Origin: Verrucomicrobiota bacterium
GTDB lineage: Bacteria; Verrucomicrobiota; Verrucomicrobiia; Palsa-1439
DNA: 64,000 bases
Assembly (NCBI GenBank): GCA_003152315.1
Contig: PLZV01000022.1
Coordinates: forward strand, 65,671 to 129,670
Direction of reading: 5' to 3'
This document shows positions 12,464-22,867 of the stretch, in pieces. The position numbers and the translations under genes are program-made. The first letter of the stretch is position 1, and the number at the start of each line of letters is the position of its first letter. The notes under the pieces were generated by a model. It did not search any database. It was not told where the DNA came from and worked only from the letters and a program-made list of their open reading frames with translations.

Positions 12464-13618
12464 TCAAACAGGCCCCAGTCCCAGCGCCGCCAACAGGCGA
12501 GCGCGGAAATGGTCCTCGGTGAAATGATGCAAGTATCGTTCCCGACCCGTGCGGCCCATCCGGGCGCAGAGCACCGGATCGTTGAAAAAAAGAGTGAGCG
12601 CCTCAAGCAGGGCTTCGCGGTTCTGGTCGGGTACGATCAAGCCGGTGATACCTTGCTCGGTGACCTCCTCTGCCGCCCCTTCGCCAGCGATACAGGCCTT
12701 GCCGGCCCGCATCGCCTCCAAAAAGGCCAACCCAAAGCCTTCCAACCGGCTGCTCGGCATTACGAAAAAAGCGCAATTTGAATAAAGGCGGCCGAGTGTT
12801 TCCTCATCAACCCGGCCAAGAAAATCGACCGAATCTCGGAGACCAAGATTCACGCTCTTTTCTTCCAGCCGCTGTCGATCATCACCATCACCAGCGATCA
12901 CCAGGCGGGCGGTGCCAACACGCTGCCGGATTGAGGGCCAAAGGTCCAGCAGTAAATCATGTCCTTTATGTCGTTCGGTGGATACGATGCGACTGACAAT
13001 CAGTGCATATGGCTCTTTCGGACTGTCCCCGGGGACTGTGGACTGCCCCGGCGGGACGCCGAGCGGACAGACACGGATCGCCGTATCGGCAAAGTCCGGG
13101 TTCACCCTCTTGAAGTGATGAATCGTGTGGCGTGAATTCGCCATCACGAGCCCGGAGTGCTCCAGCGCGCGGGTTCGTATTTCGCTCAATGGCTCCCAAG
13201 CCTCGCTCCCATGCAAAAAAACAGCGAGACGCGCTCCGCGCTTGACGAGCGGCACAGCCAGTGGCGCCAGATGCAGATGCGTTGCAAATACAAGTGTATG
13301 TCGTGCGTCGCCCAATCCGGCCTTCAATCCCCACCACGCCGCCGTGGCCTTGCTTCCGTGCGCATAACGAAGCATCCAGCCCGGAACATGCTGGAATGAA
13401 GTCTCAGGGGCGGGCTCACCATACGACCACACCTGGCCGTGACAACCATTCGCGGCACCGTACGATTGCAGCGCCCGCAACGCCAGCCGCGAGACCATGC
13501 CGATGCCACCGACCTCGTGCAGATCGGGGCAGAGCAGAATAAGGCGGCGCACTTCTCCTGCGGGCAGGGGAGCCGGCCGCGCTTGCACAGAATCAGTGGC
13601 AGTCGACGGTGTGCTCAT
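12464..13618 (-). CDS. Family 4 glycosyltransferase
   Basis: GGIG, LHGSE, HKGHD and EGFGLAFLEAM. Confidence 0.9.
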   Translation of the reverse strand: MSTPSTATDSVQARPAPLPAGEVRRLILLCPDLHEVGGIGMVSRLALRALQSYGAANGCHGQVWSYGEPAPETSFQHVPGWMLRYAHGSKATAAWWGLKAGLGDARHTLVFATHLHLAPLAVPLVKRGARLAVFLHGSEAWEPLSEIRTRALEHSGLVMANSRHTIHHFKRVNPDFADTAIRVCPLGVPPGQSTVPGDSPKEPYALIVSRIVSTERHKGHDLLLDLWPSIRQRVGTARLVIAGDGDDRQRLEEKSVNLGLRDSVDFLGRVDEETLGRLYSNCAFFVMPSSRLEGFGLAFLEAMRAGKACIAGEGAAEEVTEQGITGLIVPDQNREALLEALTLFFNDPVLCARMGRTGRERYLHHFTEDHFRARLLAALGLGPV

Positions 13619-14807
13619 GAACAGCCAAAGTCTCCTCTCTAGCTCGTGAAAGTTTCTTGTACACTACGACCCATTCGTCAGCAATTCTCGGCCAGGTGAA
13701 GCGTTTGCGCACCAGCGCGCGTGCGACAATGCCGCGGGCGGATAACTCCAGGGGGGCACTGGTTGCCTCCGCGAGTCCGGCGCGCAGCCCGGTGGGATCC
13801 AGATTAATGACCCAACCAGCCCCGGCCGCCAGCACCTCCGAGGCCAAGCCGACTTGTCGGCTCAACAGTACCGGCGTACCGCAGGCCATCGCTTCCACTG
13901 CGCCGATGCCAAAGTTCTCCTGGAAAGAACTCAAGGCGAACAAATTGGCTTCCGCTAGCGCCGCAGATTTCGCCGCGCCTTCAAGCCAACCAACCCAATG
14001 GACCGCATCCTCAAACCCGGTTCCACGCGTGATCTTGCGCAGCCGCTCGACGTACTGCGCCTCGCCATCGCCCGCGACGACGAGATGCCACGTGGCGAGT
14101 TTACCCTCCGCGTGCAGATCAAGGAAAGCTTCCAACAGCAGATCGACGCCCTTTTTGGGATGCAGGCGCGAGAGGCACAGCAACACCGGCGCGTTGGCAG
14201 GGATGCTGTGTTGCTCGCGGAACTTGCCGGTTGGCTCGACCGCCAGCAAGGCCTCGTCAACGCCGTTTGGAATGGTAATCCCTTTGTTCAGGTGCAAGGA
14301 TCGTTCGGTCAGTTCCCGCTCCTGTTCAGTTGTGTAATGGATCGCAGCCGCCTCACGGAGCTCGCGGCGGAAGAGGAAGTGCCAGGCCAACACCTTGCGC
14401 GACCATTTTTGTTGCATGCTCCATGGCTCCAGTGTGCCGAGGGGTCGCACGATATAGGGTACCCGGTGCCGCCGGCATGCCCGTGCGGCGGCGTGGGTCG
14501 CGTGGGAGAATACGGCGTGAATGTGAACGATGTCGTACCGTGCCACGTTTTCGTCCAGCCATTTCTGTAGCGAGCGCGAGAACTTGAACGCCTCGCTCCG
14601 GTCACGGCGAAAGAAGTGCGTCCGCACGCCGTGGTACAGGCTCGGTTTGTCGAGTACGACGGCGAGTCGGCCATTCCCGTCGGCGTCGGTCGTGCACAGC
14701 TCGATATCGATACCGGCGCGCTGTAGCGCGAGGCACATCTCGATGGCAGCCTGACTCGGGCCGCCGTAACGGGGAGCGACGGCTGGAATGACCTGGAGAA
14801 TCTTCAT
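13593..14807 (-). CDS. Family 4 glycosyltransferase
   Basis: MKILQVIP..YGGP, LSRLHPKKG and ENFGIGAVEAMACG. ATG at 14807 overlaps the upstream stop. Confidence 0.9.
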   Translation of the reverse strand: MKILQVIPAVAPRYGGPSQAAIEMCLALQRAGIDIELCTTDADGNGRLAVVLDKPSLYHGVRTHFFRRDRSEAFKFSRSLQKWLDENVARYDIVHIHAVFSHATHAAARACRRHRVPYIVRPLGTLEPWSMQQKWSRKVLAWHFLFRRELREAAAIHYTTEQERELTERSLHLNKGITIPNGVDEALLAVEPTGKFREQHSIPANAPVLLCLSRLHPKKGVDLLLEAFLDLHAEGKLATWHLVVAGDGEAQYVERLRKITRGTGFEDAVHWVGWLEGAAKSAALAEANLFALSSFQENFGIGAVEAMACGTPVLLSRQVGLASEVLAAGAGWVINLDPTGLRAGLAEATSAPLELSARGIVARALVRKRFTWPRIADEWVVVYKKLSRAREETLAVHEHTVDCH

Positions 14808-16156
14808 AATTGCGGTGAATCGGTGGACGTATCCACGGAGCCTTCCGGCAGACCCATGCTCGGGTGGTCCGGATAGAGGTACCGGAGCCCGGCCGTCAGG
14901 ACCACAGCGAGGACCAGGTTCGGCACAATCTCGATAATGGAACCACCAACGAGGAGGAGGAATTCGCCGATCAGAAACCACCTTGCGAAGGCAATCGGGG
15001 ATCCCCAGCGTAACTCCACGCCCGCTCGACGATCAGCGTACCGAACAAGAGCGCCGACGATGAACATACCGATGAGCACACCGTACGTGCCAAAATTCAC
15101 GTAGAATTCGAAGATCAGGCCCATCCCAACGGAAGTTCCTTCAGCAAACTTCACTCCCGTATAGTGGCTGACGAAGTTCATGCTTCCGGCCTGAATCGGT
15201 TTGTCCGGCCAGAGGACGCGTGGAATGATCGCCAGGACGCCCATCCACAGAGTCTCGCCTTTGCCGAAGTCGTTAGGAGTCCTCAGGTGAGCCATCGCGG
15301 CGCCGACCATCCAATTGTAATTCAACCGGCGATCAATGTCATCCAAGTGCCTTCGGTTGAGCGGATCGAACCACTCAAATTGTTGGAACGTTTCCTCCGC
15401 TTGATTGATACGCTCCTCCATTCGGCCACCCCCCCAGACGACGGAGCGTATTTGATTGCGATCACGCATGTACGTGACAAAAAACGAAAGCGCCAAATAA
15501 CCCACGGGAATTACTAGCAGCGCCATTGTCCAGCGCGGTCGATAAATCGCCACAAAAAAGCAGACCACAATGATGGTGTAGCCCACCCCGAAGCCCAGAA
15601 ACCCCTGGAGAATCAATGTCAGCAACGGGAATGCGGGTGCGGCCGCCAGGCAAAGCAACAGTTGCTTCCGGTCTTGATGGAGGTACGACTGCCAAATTCC
15701 AAAGCCGATCCCGGCAAATCCAAAGGCCTGCCCGCCCGACAGGATTGCCGCCGCTGACGGGATCTCACGGGCGCCCACGGCCCCCAAGACCAGGGAACCA
15801 ATACCGATTGTTAAAAAAAGACGGAGAAACTTGGAATCCGACTCCGCTATGCGAAACGGCGACGTCTCGTCCTCGACGTGAAAAAACAACGGGGCAAATC
15901 CAAAACATCCGATTGCGAACGCCGCCATGCCGGCGGTGCTCACTCCAAACCCGGCTGTCGTCGTAGAATACTCCGCTGACGAATACCACGGGAAAAAGGT
16001 GATTACGCCGCTGAACCAGTGGATGAGCGCCATGTTGCAGAAGAACGCCAGGACCAGTCCCGTCCCCTGTCCCTGGCGGCTCCACATGATGGTCAGCGAC
16101 AACACGCCGATGATCACCCAGGCCATCAGGCAAACAATGTAAAGGTTCTCACTCAT
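14804..16156 (-). CDS. Polytopic membrane protein, probable Wzy-type polysaccharide polymerase
   Basis: About 10-11 hydrophobic segments, a large periplasmic loop, IPRVLWPDKP and EFYVNFGTYG; located among glycosyltransferases. Confidence 0.7.
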   Translation of the reverse strand: MSENLYIVCLMAWVIIGVLSLTIMWSRQGQGTGLVLAFFCNMALIHWFSGVITFFPWYSSAEYSTTTAGFGVSTAGMAAFAIGCFGFAPLFFHVEDETSPFRIAESDSKFLRLFLTIGIGSLVLGAVGAREIPSAAAILSGGQAFGFAGIGFGIWQSYLHQDRKQLLLCLAAAPAFPLLTLILQGFLGFGVGYTIIVVCFFVAIYRPRWTMALLVIPVGYLALSFFVTYMRDRNQIRSVVWGGGRMEERINQAEETFQQFEWFDPLNRRHLDDIDRRLNYNWMVGAAMAHLRTPNDFGKGETLWMGVLAIIPRVLWPDKPIQAGSMNFVSHYTGVKFAEGTSVGMGLIFEFYVNFGTYGVLIGMFIVGALVRYADRRAGVELRWGSPIAFARWFLIGEFLLLVGGSIIEIVPNLVLAVVLTAGLRYLYPDHPSMGLPEGSVDTSTDSPQL

Positions 16157-16208
16157 GTATTCACAGGTTCGCCGCTCGGTAACGGCACCAAAGGGGCAAT
16201 CCGGAATT

Positions 16209-17228
16209 TCATGTCGTCACGCGCTCCAGCATCGCTTCGAGCCGGTCGCGATAGGTGTTGTGGCCCTTGGTGACGACGCGATGCGCCGCTTCCTTCAGGC
16301 GGCTGCGCTCGCCATTATGCGCCAGCAAGTGCCGCAGCTTTACAACCATTTCCTCGCGTGTGCGAAAAAAGCTCACGGCTTCGCCGTCGTCACCGAAGAT
16401 CTCCCGGTGCTCCTCCGTGTCCTCGGTCAACATGCATGCGCCCATTGCAGGTAATTCAAAAGTGCGCATCACATTGCCGTCGCGGTTGGCGCGCCGCACC
16501 AGGCACAGGGAAACCTTCGCGGCGCTGACGGCTTTGCGCAGCGTTTGGGCATCGGCGTGGCCGCGCGCGGAGCCGGCGGTCTGCGGGTAGCGCTCCCAGT
16601 AGCCCCCGTAGAGCGCAACTTGAAAGCCCGCGTGGATTAGTGTAGCCATGTAAGGTACCCGGTCACGATCAGCTCCACCCGCAAACAGGATATCGGACGC
16701 GAACCGGGCGCGTTCGGAATCATTGGCCGGTGATTCGGGGAAATGCAATTCGGGCTCGTACGCAAACGGCAGATGACAGGCGCTCATGCATCCGAGTTGC
16801 CGCAAGTCGCTCAATATGGCGCGCCGCGGCGAGAAGACGTAGTCGTATTGCGGCAGTGCTCGCAAAAACCACGGCGCGCGGTGGGCGCGGTTCCATGGAT
16901 CGTCCGTCAGGTAATTCATGCGCCGCACATGAAGCTTGCCAATCTCTTTGAGTGCGGCCTCTTCGAGGGGCGCAACGCCGGTGGTCAACAACCATTTTGG
17001 CTGGACGTTGCGGCACGTCTCCAGCACCTTGGCACTGAACTCCTGCAGTCGCGTCGGACGCCGTCCGTGAAGCCACCAATTGACACGGTTCTGCCAGAAA
17101 GCCCCGTCGTATGCCTCGGTCAGGTCGCAGACGACGGTGTGGAGGCCCAACGCTTCGGCGGAGGACCTGAAATGCGCCCCCACGTGGACTGGGTCCGGGT
17201 TGCCAACCAGCAGCAGTGTCTCGTTCAT
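16209..17228 (-). CDS. Glycosyltransferase, CgeB/Glyco_trans_1_2-like
   Basis: YLTDDP, LPFAY, FAGG..RDR and MRTFELPAMGA. ATGA overlap with the upstream stop. Confidence 0.8.
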   Translation of the reverse strand: MNETLLLVGNPDPVHVGAHFRSSAEALGLHTVVCDLTEAYDGAFWQNRVNWWLHGRRPTRLQEFSAKVLETCRNVQPKWLLTTGVAPLEEAALKEIGKLHVRRMNYLTDDPWNRAHRAPWFLRALPQYDYVFSPRRAILSDLRQLGCMSACHLPFAYEPELHFPESPANDSERARFASDILFAGGADRDRVPYMATLIHAGFQVALYGGYWERYPQTAGSARGHADAQTLRKAVSAAKVSLCLVRRANRDGNVMRTFELPAMGACMLTEDTEEHREIFGDDGEAVSFFRTREEMVVKLRHLLAHNGERSRLKEAAHRVVTKGHNTYRDRLEAMLERVTT

Positions 17229-18430
17229 GCGCAATGGAGGACGGGTTGTTCGTGCCGGACAATACTGCGGAACGCTTGCGCGATGCCCGCGGCAGCCTTC
17301 TCAGTGGTGTAGACGCTAACTTTTTCGCGACAATTCGCACGCGTTTCGGCATGTTCCGTTAGCGGCAAAATCCGGCAAATAGCCTGAGCCAGGCTTACGG
17401 CTGATCCGGTCTCGAATACCTCGCCGGTCTTACCGCGCTCAACCAAATCCGGAGCGCAACCCACAGCGTCGGACACAAGACACGGCAGACCGTGGTGCAA
17501 GGCGTCGTTGACGACCAAGCCCCACGTTTCCGACTGCACACTGGGCAACGCGAGCAAATCCGCGGCATGGTAGTACTGGCTCAATTGAGTTTGATTCTGA
17601 AAACCAAGAAAGTGCGCCGGGACAACAGGTGTTTGCTGGGCCAGCGATTGGAGTGCGTCCTGTAACTCACCACTGCCGAGGAAAAGAACCACGATCCTCT
17701 CGCGTGTCTTCGCTGGCAACTGTTTGATAGCTCGCAGCAGGATGTCGGGACCTTTCCGTGCACTCAGCTTGCCTGAGAAAAGGACCGCTTTCTTGTCGAC
17801 ACTGATCTGGAGCGCCGCACGCGTCAGGTCGCGCAACCGGACACGGGCTTCTTCGTCAGAATGGAATGGAGTTGTGTCCACGCAGTATGGCGAGAAGACC
17901 AGTTTGTCTTCCGGGCATCCGAGCCGGCAGAAATGTTCGTGCGAGCGCTGACCGACGTAGAGCAGGCGCTCGCAGCGCCGATAAAACCAGCGCAAGGCTT
18001 GATCGCGGGCCCAGGTTTTCAGCGCACTACGCTGGCGCGCATGGTCAGCCGTCTCACCGCGGAAAAGAATCGGAAAACCGGCATGACGGGCAGCCAGGAA
18101 GGCTTCGCGATGGAAGCGTGGGCGGTAGCCGAGCACCATCACGGCATCGGGCGCGGTTTCAACGAGTGCGTCCCGCAGTCCGCGCGTCGTCACTTCTCCA
18201 GCCGTGCTCGCGCCACCTTCGGCGACCCGTGAGAGAAACCGGGTACTGTAGCCCGAAAGCAAATCCGTGTCCCATGCGAATGTGGTGCCAAACTCGGAGT
18301 CGCGGTAGCCAGCCACGCTGAAGTCCGAACCGTAGATTGCCGTCACGGAAATGCCCCAATTCCTTTGGAGTTCCCGGTAGACCGGCGCGTGGTATTGGAT
18401 CGGATGCGTCTCGATGACGGTCAAAGACAT
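17225..18430 (-). CDS. Family 4 glycosyltransferase
   Basis: THPIQYHAP, FSGKLSARKG and ETWGLVVNDA. Confidence 0.9.
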   Translation of the reverse strand: MSLTVIETHPIQYHAPVYRELQRNWGISVTAIYGSDFSVAGYRDSEFGTTFAWDTDLLSGYSTRFLSRVAEGGASTAGEVTTRGLRDALVETAPDAVMVLGYRPRFHREAFLAARHAGFPILFRGETADHARQRSALKTWARDQALRWFYRRCERLLYVGQRSHEHFCRLGCPEDKLVFSPYCVDTTPFHSDEEARVRLRDLTRAALQISVDKKAVLFSGKLSARKGPDILLRAIKQLPAKTRERIVVLFLGSGELQDALQSLAQQTPVVPAHFLGFQNQTQLSQYYHAADLLALPSVQSETWGLVVNDALHHGLPCLVSDAVGCAPDLVERGKTGEVFETGSAVSLAQAICRILPLTEHAETRANCREKVSVYTTEKAAAGIAQAFRSIVRHEQPVLHCA

Positions 18431-18439
18431 GAGAAGTTT

Positions 18440-19315
18440 CTAGGCGAATACGGCATCGATACCGGTACGTCGTTCGGACGGACACAGCAGCAAAGTGCCC
18501 CAAACGCCGTGTGGATGGGGATGAATTTGATCAGGAACGGTCACCCATTGGTTGTTGTCCACGCGATACGCGGCGTAGTCGTGTCGACGGATCAGGTCGC
18601 GAATGGCGCAGTCCTCGTCCGGCGTGTGGGACTCGATCAAGAATAGTGGGCGGGTTTTGGCCACGACCCGGTCGCATCCCCGCAGTGCAAAGACTCCACC
18701 ACCTTCGATATCCATCTTGATGAAGTGCGGGCAGGGGTGGGGCTGCGCTCCCAAAAAGAACTCGTCCAGAGTCATACCCGGGACAGAAATCTTCTCGGCT
18801 TGAACCCGATCGCCCCCGGCCCACTCAGCGTTCAGCGAGGAGGTATGGTGATGGTGGCCCAGAAAAAACTCGACTGGACCGATTCGGTCCGTACAAGCGA
18901 AGGGGACAACCTCGATGTTCGACGCGTTGTTCAAGGAGAGATGGTCACGCAGTTTTTCGAGGGTTTGCGGCGCAGCCTCGAAGGCATAGACCCGCCCTTG
19001 GGGCACATAGTGGCGCGCGAACCAGAGCGAGAACAAGCCGATGTTGGCCCCCACGTCGCAGACGACCGCATCCGGAGCGACCAATGGATGGCCGTTCCGG
19101 TTCAATGTCGTGAGCACACGGAAGTTTGCCACTTCCCAGAGGCCGAGCATCGCGTGATAGTTGATGGTGGAGTTATAACGGAGACGGAGACCGCGCAAGG
19201 GGCCGAAAGGCACGCGGTACACATGTCCCTCACGGTAGTACAAACCTAGGATGCCGCGCACCAGACGAGAGTTCCATCGCGCATCACGCAATTCGTTAAA
19301 AAAAGAAAGACTCAA
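18440..19315 (-). CDS. FkbM-family methyltransferase
   Basis: DVGANIG, VYAFEA, TLDEF and IKMDIEG. TTG start at 19315 (GAGG upstream, TTGA overlap); start uncertain. Confidence 0.85.
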   Translation of the reverse strand: MSLSFFNELRDARWNSRLVRGILGLYYREGHVYRVPFGPLRGLRLRYNSTINYHAMLGLWEVANFRVLTTLNRNGHPLVAPDAVVCDVGANIGLFSLWFARHYVPQGRVYAFEAAPQTLEKLRDHLSLNNASNIEVVPFACTDRIGPVEFFLGHHHHTSSLNAEWAGGDRVQAEKISVPGMTLDEFFLGAQPHPCPHFIKMDIEGGGVFALRGCDRVVAKTRPLFLIESHTPDEDCAIRDLIRRHDYAAYRVDNNQWVTVPDQIHPHPHGVWGTLLLCPSERRTGIDAVFA

Positions 19316-20463
19316 GAGCACCTCGCATGGCGGGGCTGTTCCGTGAGCCGCAGCAGCACCGGGGCAAACTGCTCGGCGTAGTTCCACTCGCGCAGAATTC
19401 GTTGCCGCCCTCGCTCGCCCATGGCTCGCACCTCGGATGGGTGCTCTAGTAGCCACCGCACCGCTGTTGCAATACTGTGGGGATCGGCGGGATCCACGGC
19501 CAGCGCGTACCCACCGTCCACGAACAGTGCCCGCCAATCCGGCAGGTCGGACACGAGCAATGCCAAACCGCACGCGAGGTAGTCGAACGGTTTGTTCGAC
19601 GCCCCCGTCATGGCCTGTTCGTTATTGTCGAGGCTTTGCTTGGGCATCAGGGACAATCCCACGTCACATTGACGGCATAGCGCGAGCAATTCCTCCCGCT
19701 GCGGCACCGCACCAAGAAACTCCACGCGGTCGATAATTCCCAGTTGCGCGGCCAATTCCTGCAGTTGACGGACGTACCCCTTGTGGCCGATCGTTTCGTA
19801 GCCGACGATGCGCAGGTGCACTCCCTTGGGCAGCATGGACAGGGCAGTCAACGCCGTCGTGGGCAGGCGCGCTGGGACAATCGAGCCGTGGTAGAGCATC
19901 CGCAATGTAACGCCGTCCAGTGGTGGGCGCGTATCGGAAACTTCACTGCGCGCGGGACAGTTCCAGACACAGTCAACGTGGACGCCATTTCCGATTTCCT
20001 GCGCGAACCGTCCTGCGCGTTGCTCGTTCGGTAGAATGCATAGCTGCGCCCGAGCGGACAATGGACGTCGCGTCCAGAGCACGAATCGCATGAACCGGGT
20101 GCCCTCCGAATTCGGTGAGTCGTGTTCGTGATAGACCATTTGGATCCCGGGCAGGTAACTTAGCAACAAAGCCACGGGGCAGGACAGTGGGTCCGAAGCG
20201 TACACCCATGCCGGTCGCCAGCGGATTATCCAGGACAGCGTCCAGAGCGCGAACCACACGTAGTGCAGCTTTTGCCGCCAGCCCGCGGAGCGAAACGGAA
20301 GTTCCCTCACGGTGATCCGTTCGTGATGCGGGAACCGGAGGCCCTCCGCTCCCGTTCCCAGGAAGAGCACGTCCCAGCCGGCATCGGCAAGCAGTCGTGA
20401 GCTGTGTTCCAACGGAGGATAAAGGGCAGGATTGGTGTACTGGATGTAGACGATGCGGCGCAT
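19312..20463 (-). CDS. Family 4 glycosyltransferase
   Basis: YPP, YHEHD, YHGS and ASNKPFDYLACG. ATG at 20463. Confidence 0.85.
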   Translation of the reverse strand: MRRIVYIQYTNPALYPPLEHSSRLLADAGWDVLFLGTGAEGLRFPHHERITVRELPFRSAGWRQKLHYVWFALWTLSWIIRWRPAWVYASDPLSCPVALLLSYLPGIQMVYHEHDSPNSEGTRFMRFVLWTRRPLSARAQLCILPNEQRAGRFAQEIGNGVHVDCVWNCPARSEVSDTRPPLDGVTLRMLYHGSIVPARLPTTALTALSMLPKGVHLRIVGYETIGHKGYVRQLQELAAQLGIIDRVEFLGAVPQREELLALCRQCDVGLSLMPKQSLDNNEQAMTGASNKPFDYLACGLALLVSDLPDWRALFVDGGYALAVDPADPHSIATAVRWLLEHPSEVRAMGERGRQRILREWNYAEQFAPVLLRLTEQPRHARCS

Positions 20464-20470
20464 GAAGAGT

Positions 20471-21844
20471 TCAGGAAAGTTTTCCGGCAGAGTGCTCGAT
20501 GTGCGGCCTCGACTTCCGCGCAAGGAGAGCCTCGTACAACACCAACATTTCGCGCGCGACCTCGACGCCAGTTCGGGGCGGGCGGACTCCGTCCTTGAGC
20601 CGCGCCCGCAGGGTGGCATCCTCCGCCACGCGGCACAGAGTCTCCTCCCAGCCCGCACTGGAGTGCGGCTCAATTAGCAGGCCATTGACCCCGTGCTGCA
20701 CGATTTCACTGATACCGCCGCGGTTCCAACCGATCACGGGAATTCCCGCGGCAAAGGCTTCCAGCGCAACCAGTGGCCCTGTCTCGAGCCATTGGGAGGG
20801 GATGGCCAAAAAATCGTACTGTCGCAGGCGGGAGACGACTTCCTGCGGCGCGATGGGCTCACAGAACGAAATGCGCGGATCATTGCTGGCGAGCGCCTGC
20901 ATTTTCTTCTGATAGTCGGCGCTGGCGGGACCTTGCACGACACCATAAACGTCGAGCCTGGCCTTGAGCGTCGGTGCCATTTTGAACGCCTTGATGAGGA
21001 TATGTAGCCCTTTTGTGGAATCAAACCGGCCGACAAAAGCGATGTGTGTCTCCGCGCGGAGGTCGCGCGTCGAAGATCGGTTGGTCACAGTCTTTTGACC
21101 TGGTGTCCAGTTGATCCCGTGCCGTGAGAGGGAGACTTTCGCTGCGGGAACGTCGTTAAGAAGAATCACGTCCCGAACCCAATTGCAAACGGCCACAATG
21201 TGATCCACCTCCGCAGCCAACTTGCGGAAACCAGCGTGACGCACGCTGATTAGTTCGCTCATGCGCAAGGCTGTCCAGATACCGCCCTGCAAACCACGTT
21301 CACCCAGCCAGTGACCAATCCCGGGGGACAATCGACCCATCTGAGCCGCCAGCGGCGCATATACCCCGAGGCCGTGGAGCGTGCAGCCGGTACAGCGGAT
21401 GATGTCCAGCTTGCCATCGCACAAGTCCTCTCCCCACAGCAACAGCGTGCCGCGCTGACAACTTACCGTCGGCGTGTGATACGTAAAAACCACCGGAATG
21501 CCGCGCTCTTTGGTCGCCTGGATCAGCCTCAACGACACCCCGCGTGTAAAGGCGTGCATATGCACCAGGTCCGGCATCTCTTCGTCGAGGATCTTTGCAA
21601 ATTCGGTCGCTGCCAATACATCGCCCGGTCCATAAAGTTCCTTAATGTCGGTTAGGTTGCCGCTGACGGCATAGCGACGGACCCGCAAATCATCGATCGT
21701 GTACGCCCGACTTGTCTCGCTGGGGGCGGCCACCATGGTCTCCACGCCAAGCCCTTGCAGGTCCTGCGCGAGGTTGGCGACGTACACTTCCGTCCCACCG
21801 GAGGGATCAGGCGCGAAGCAGAATGGAACGTGGATGACTTTCAT
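20471..21844 (-). CDS. Family 4 glycosyltransferase
   Basis: GGTEVY, FVGRF..KG and ETGPLVALEAFAAG, with a Cys-rich insert (CQRG..C..C..C). Confidence 0.88.
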   Translation of the reverse strand: MKVIHVPFCFAPDPSGGTEVYVANLAQDLQGLGVETMVAAPSETSRAYTIDDLRVRRYAVSGNLTDIKELYGPGDVLAATEFAKILDEEMPDLVHMHAFTRGVSLRLIQATKERGIPVVFTYHTPTVSCQRGTLLLWGEDLCDGKLDIIRCTGCTLHGLGVYAPLAAQMGRLSPGIGHWLGERGLQGGIWTALRMSELISVRHAGFRKLAAEVDHIVAVCNWVRDVILLNDVPAAKVSLSRHGINWTPGQKTVTNRSSTRDLRAETHIAFVGRFDSTKGLHILIKAFKMAPTLKARLDVYGVVQGPASADYQKKMQALASNDPRISFCEPIAPQEVVSRLRQYDFLAIPSQWLETGPLVALEAFAAGIPVIGWNRGGISEIVQHGVNGLLIEPHSSAGWEETLCRVAEDATLRARLKDGVRPPRTGVEVAREMLVLYEALLARKSRPHIEHSAGKLS

Positions 21845-21873
21845 TTGTGCTTCTGTGAAAACCACATCGTTCG

Positions 21874-22857
21874 TCAGTGTGGACGCTGCCCGCTCGTGGA
21901 AGCCTTGAGCATTGCCTTGCTCTTACGATACGTGACCGCCAGCGCTTCAGCGCGCCGATAACCGACGAGTTTCGCTGCGAGCGCGAGATGTTTCGGATGC
22001 GACGGGACGTACCCGCCGGGGCTGAGCCGTTCGAGCGCCCCGAACGCCGCCTCAAATGTGTCGGGATCGTTGTCAAATGTGGCGCGTGCGACCTGCTCGA
22101 AGACCTTGATGAGCGCGGCCCGGCGTTTTGCCGTGATGCCGCCATGTTCCTGGAACCATTCCTCGACTTCGCACGCGCTACGGAAGCAATCGGTGATGAA
22201 AGCCGCCGGATCGCGGCGGGAGAGGGAATCATGTGAGTGGATGCGATAATACGCCATCGTACCGCGGCAATACGTGAAGGTGGCTCCGTGCAGAGCACAG
22301 TCGAGCGCGAAACGCGCATCCTGAATGACCGGCAAATTCACGTTCCAGCCACCGACCCGCTTGACCAACTCGCGATGAAAAAGATACGCGGCGGGTGGGC
22401 ACCAGAAATCCACGAGCAAGGCGATCTCAGGTTCTTCTTCCATCTTTCGTTGCATTACATCACCGTGTTTGAATGTGCCATCGCCTTGCAGGACCAACCC
22501 TTGCCAATCGCCGTACGCCACTTCCGCGCCGGTGTTTTCGAGCGCCTGGACCTGCCGCACCAGCTTGTCGCGCACCAGCAGATCGTCCGCGTCCAGGTAC
22601 TGAAGGAATACGCCACGGGCGACCGCCGTTCCGGCGTTTCGGGCCCGGCTTGCCCCGCCGTTTGCGGTGCGGAGCAGGCTCACTCGGGGGAACTCCCGTG
22701 CGACGATCTTCGCGCTGGCATCCGCCGAGCCATCGTCGATGACGATGACCTCAACGAGTTCCCGTGGGTAGGTTTGGGCCTCCACGCTGGCGAGGGTCTC
22801 GACGATCCACCGCTCGGCGTTGAACATGGGAATGATGACACTAACGAGTTGGTTCAT
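21874..22857 (-). CDS. Family 2 glycosyltransferase
   Basis: VSVIIPMFN, IDDGSAD, ARNAG and YLDADD. Confidence 0.9.
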   Translation of the reverse strand: MNQLVSVIIPMFNAERWIVETLASVEAQTYPRELVEVIVIDDGSADASAKIVAREFPRVSLLRTANGGASRARNAGTAVARGVFLQYLDADDLLVRDKLVRQVQALENTGAEVAYGDWQGLVLQGDGTFKHGDVMQRKMEEEPEIALLVDFWCPPAAYLFHRELVKRVGGWNVNLPVIQDARFALDCALHGATFTYCRGTMAYYRIHSHDSLSRRDPAAFITDCFRSACEVEEWFQEHGGITAKRRAALIKVFEQVARATFDNDPDTFEAAFGALERLSPGGYVPSHPKHLALAAKLVGYRRAEALAVTYRKSKAMLKASTSGQRPH

Positions 22858-22867
22858 AGATTACTTC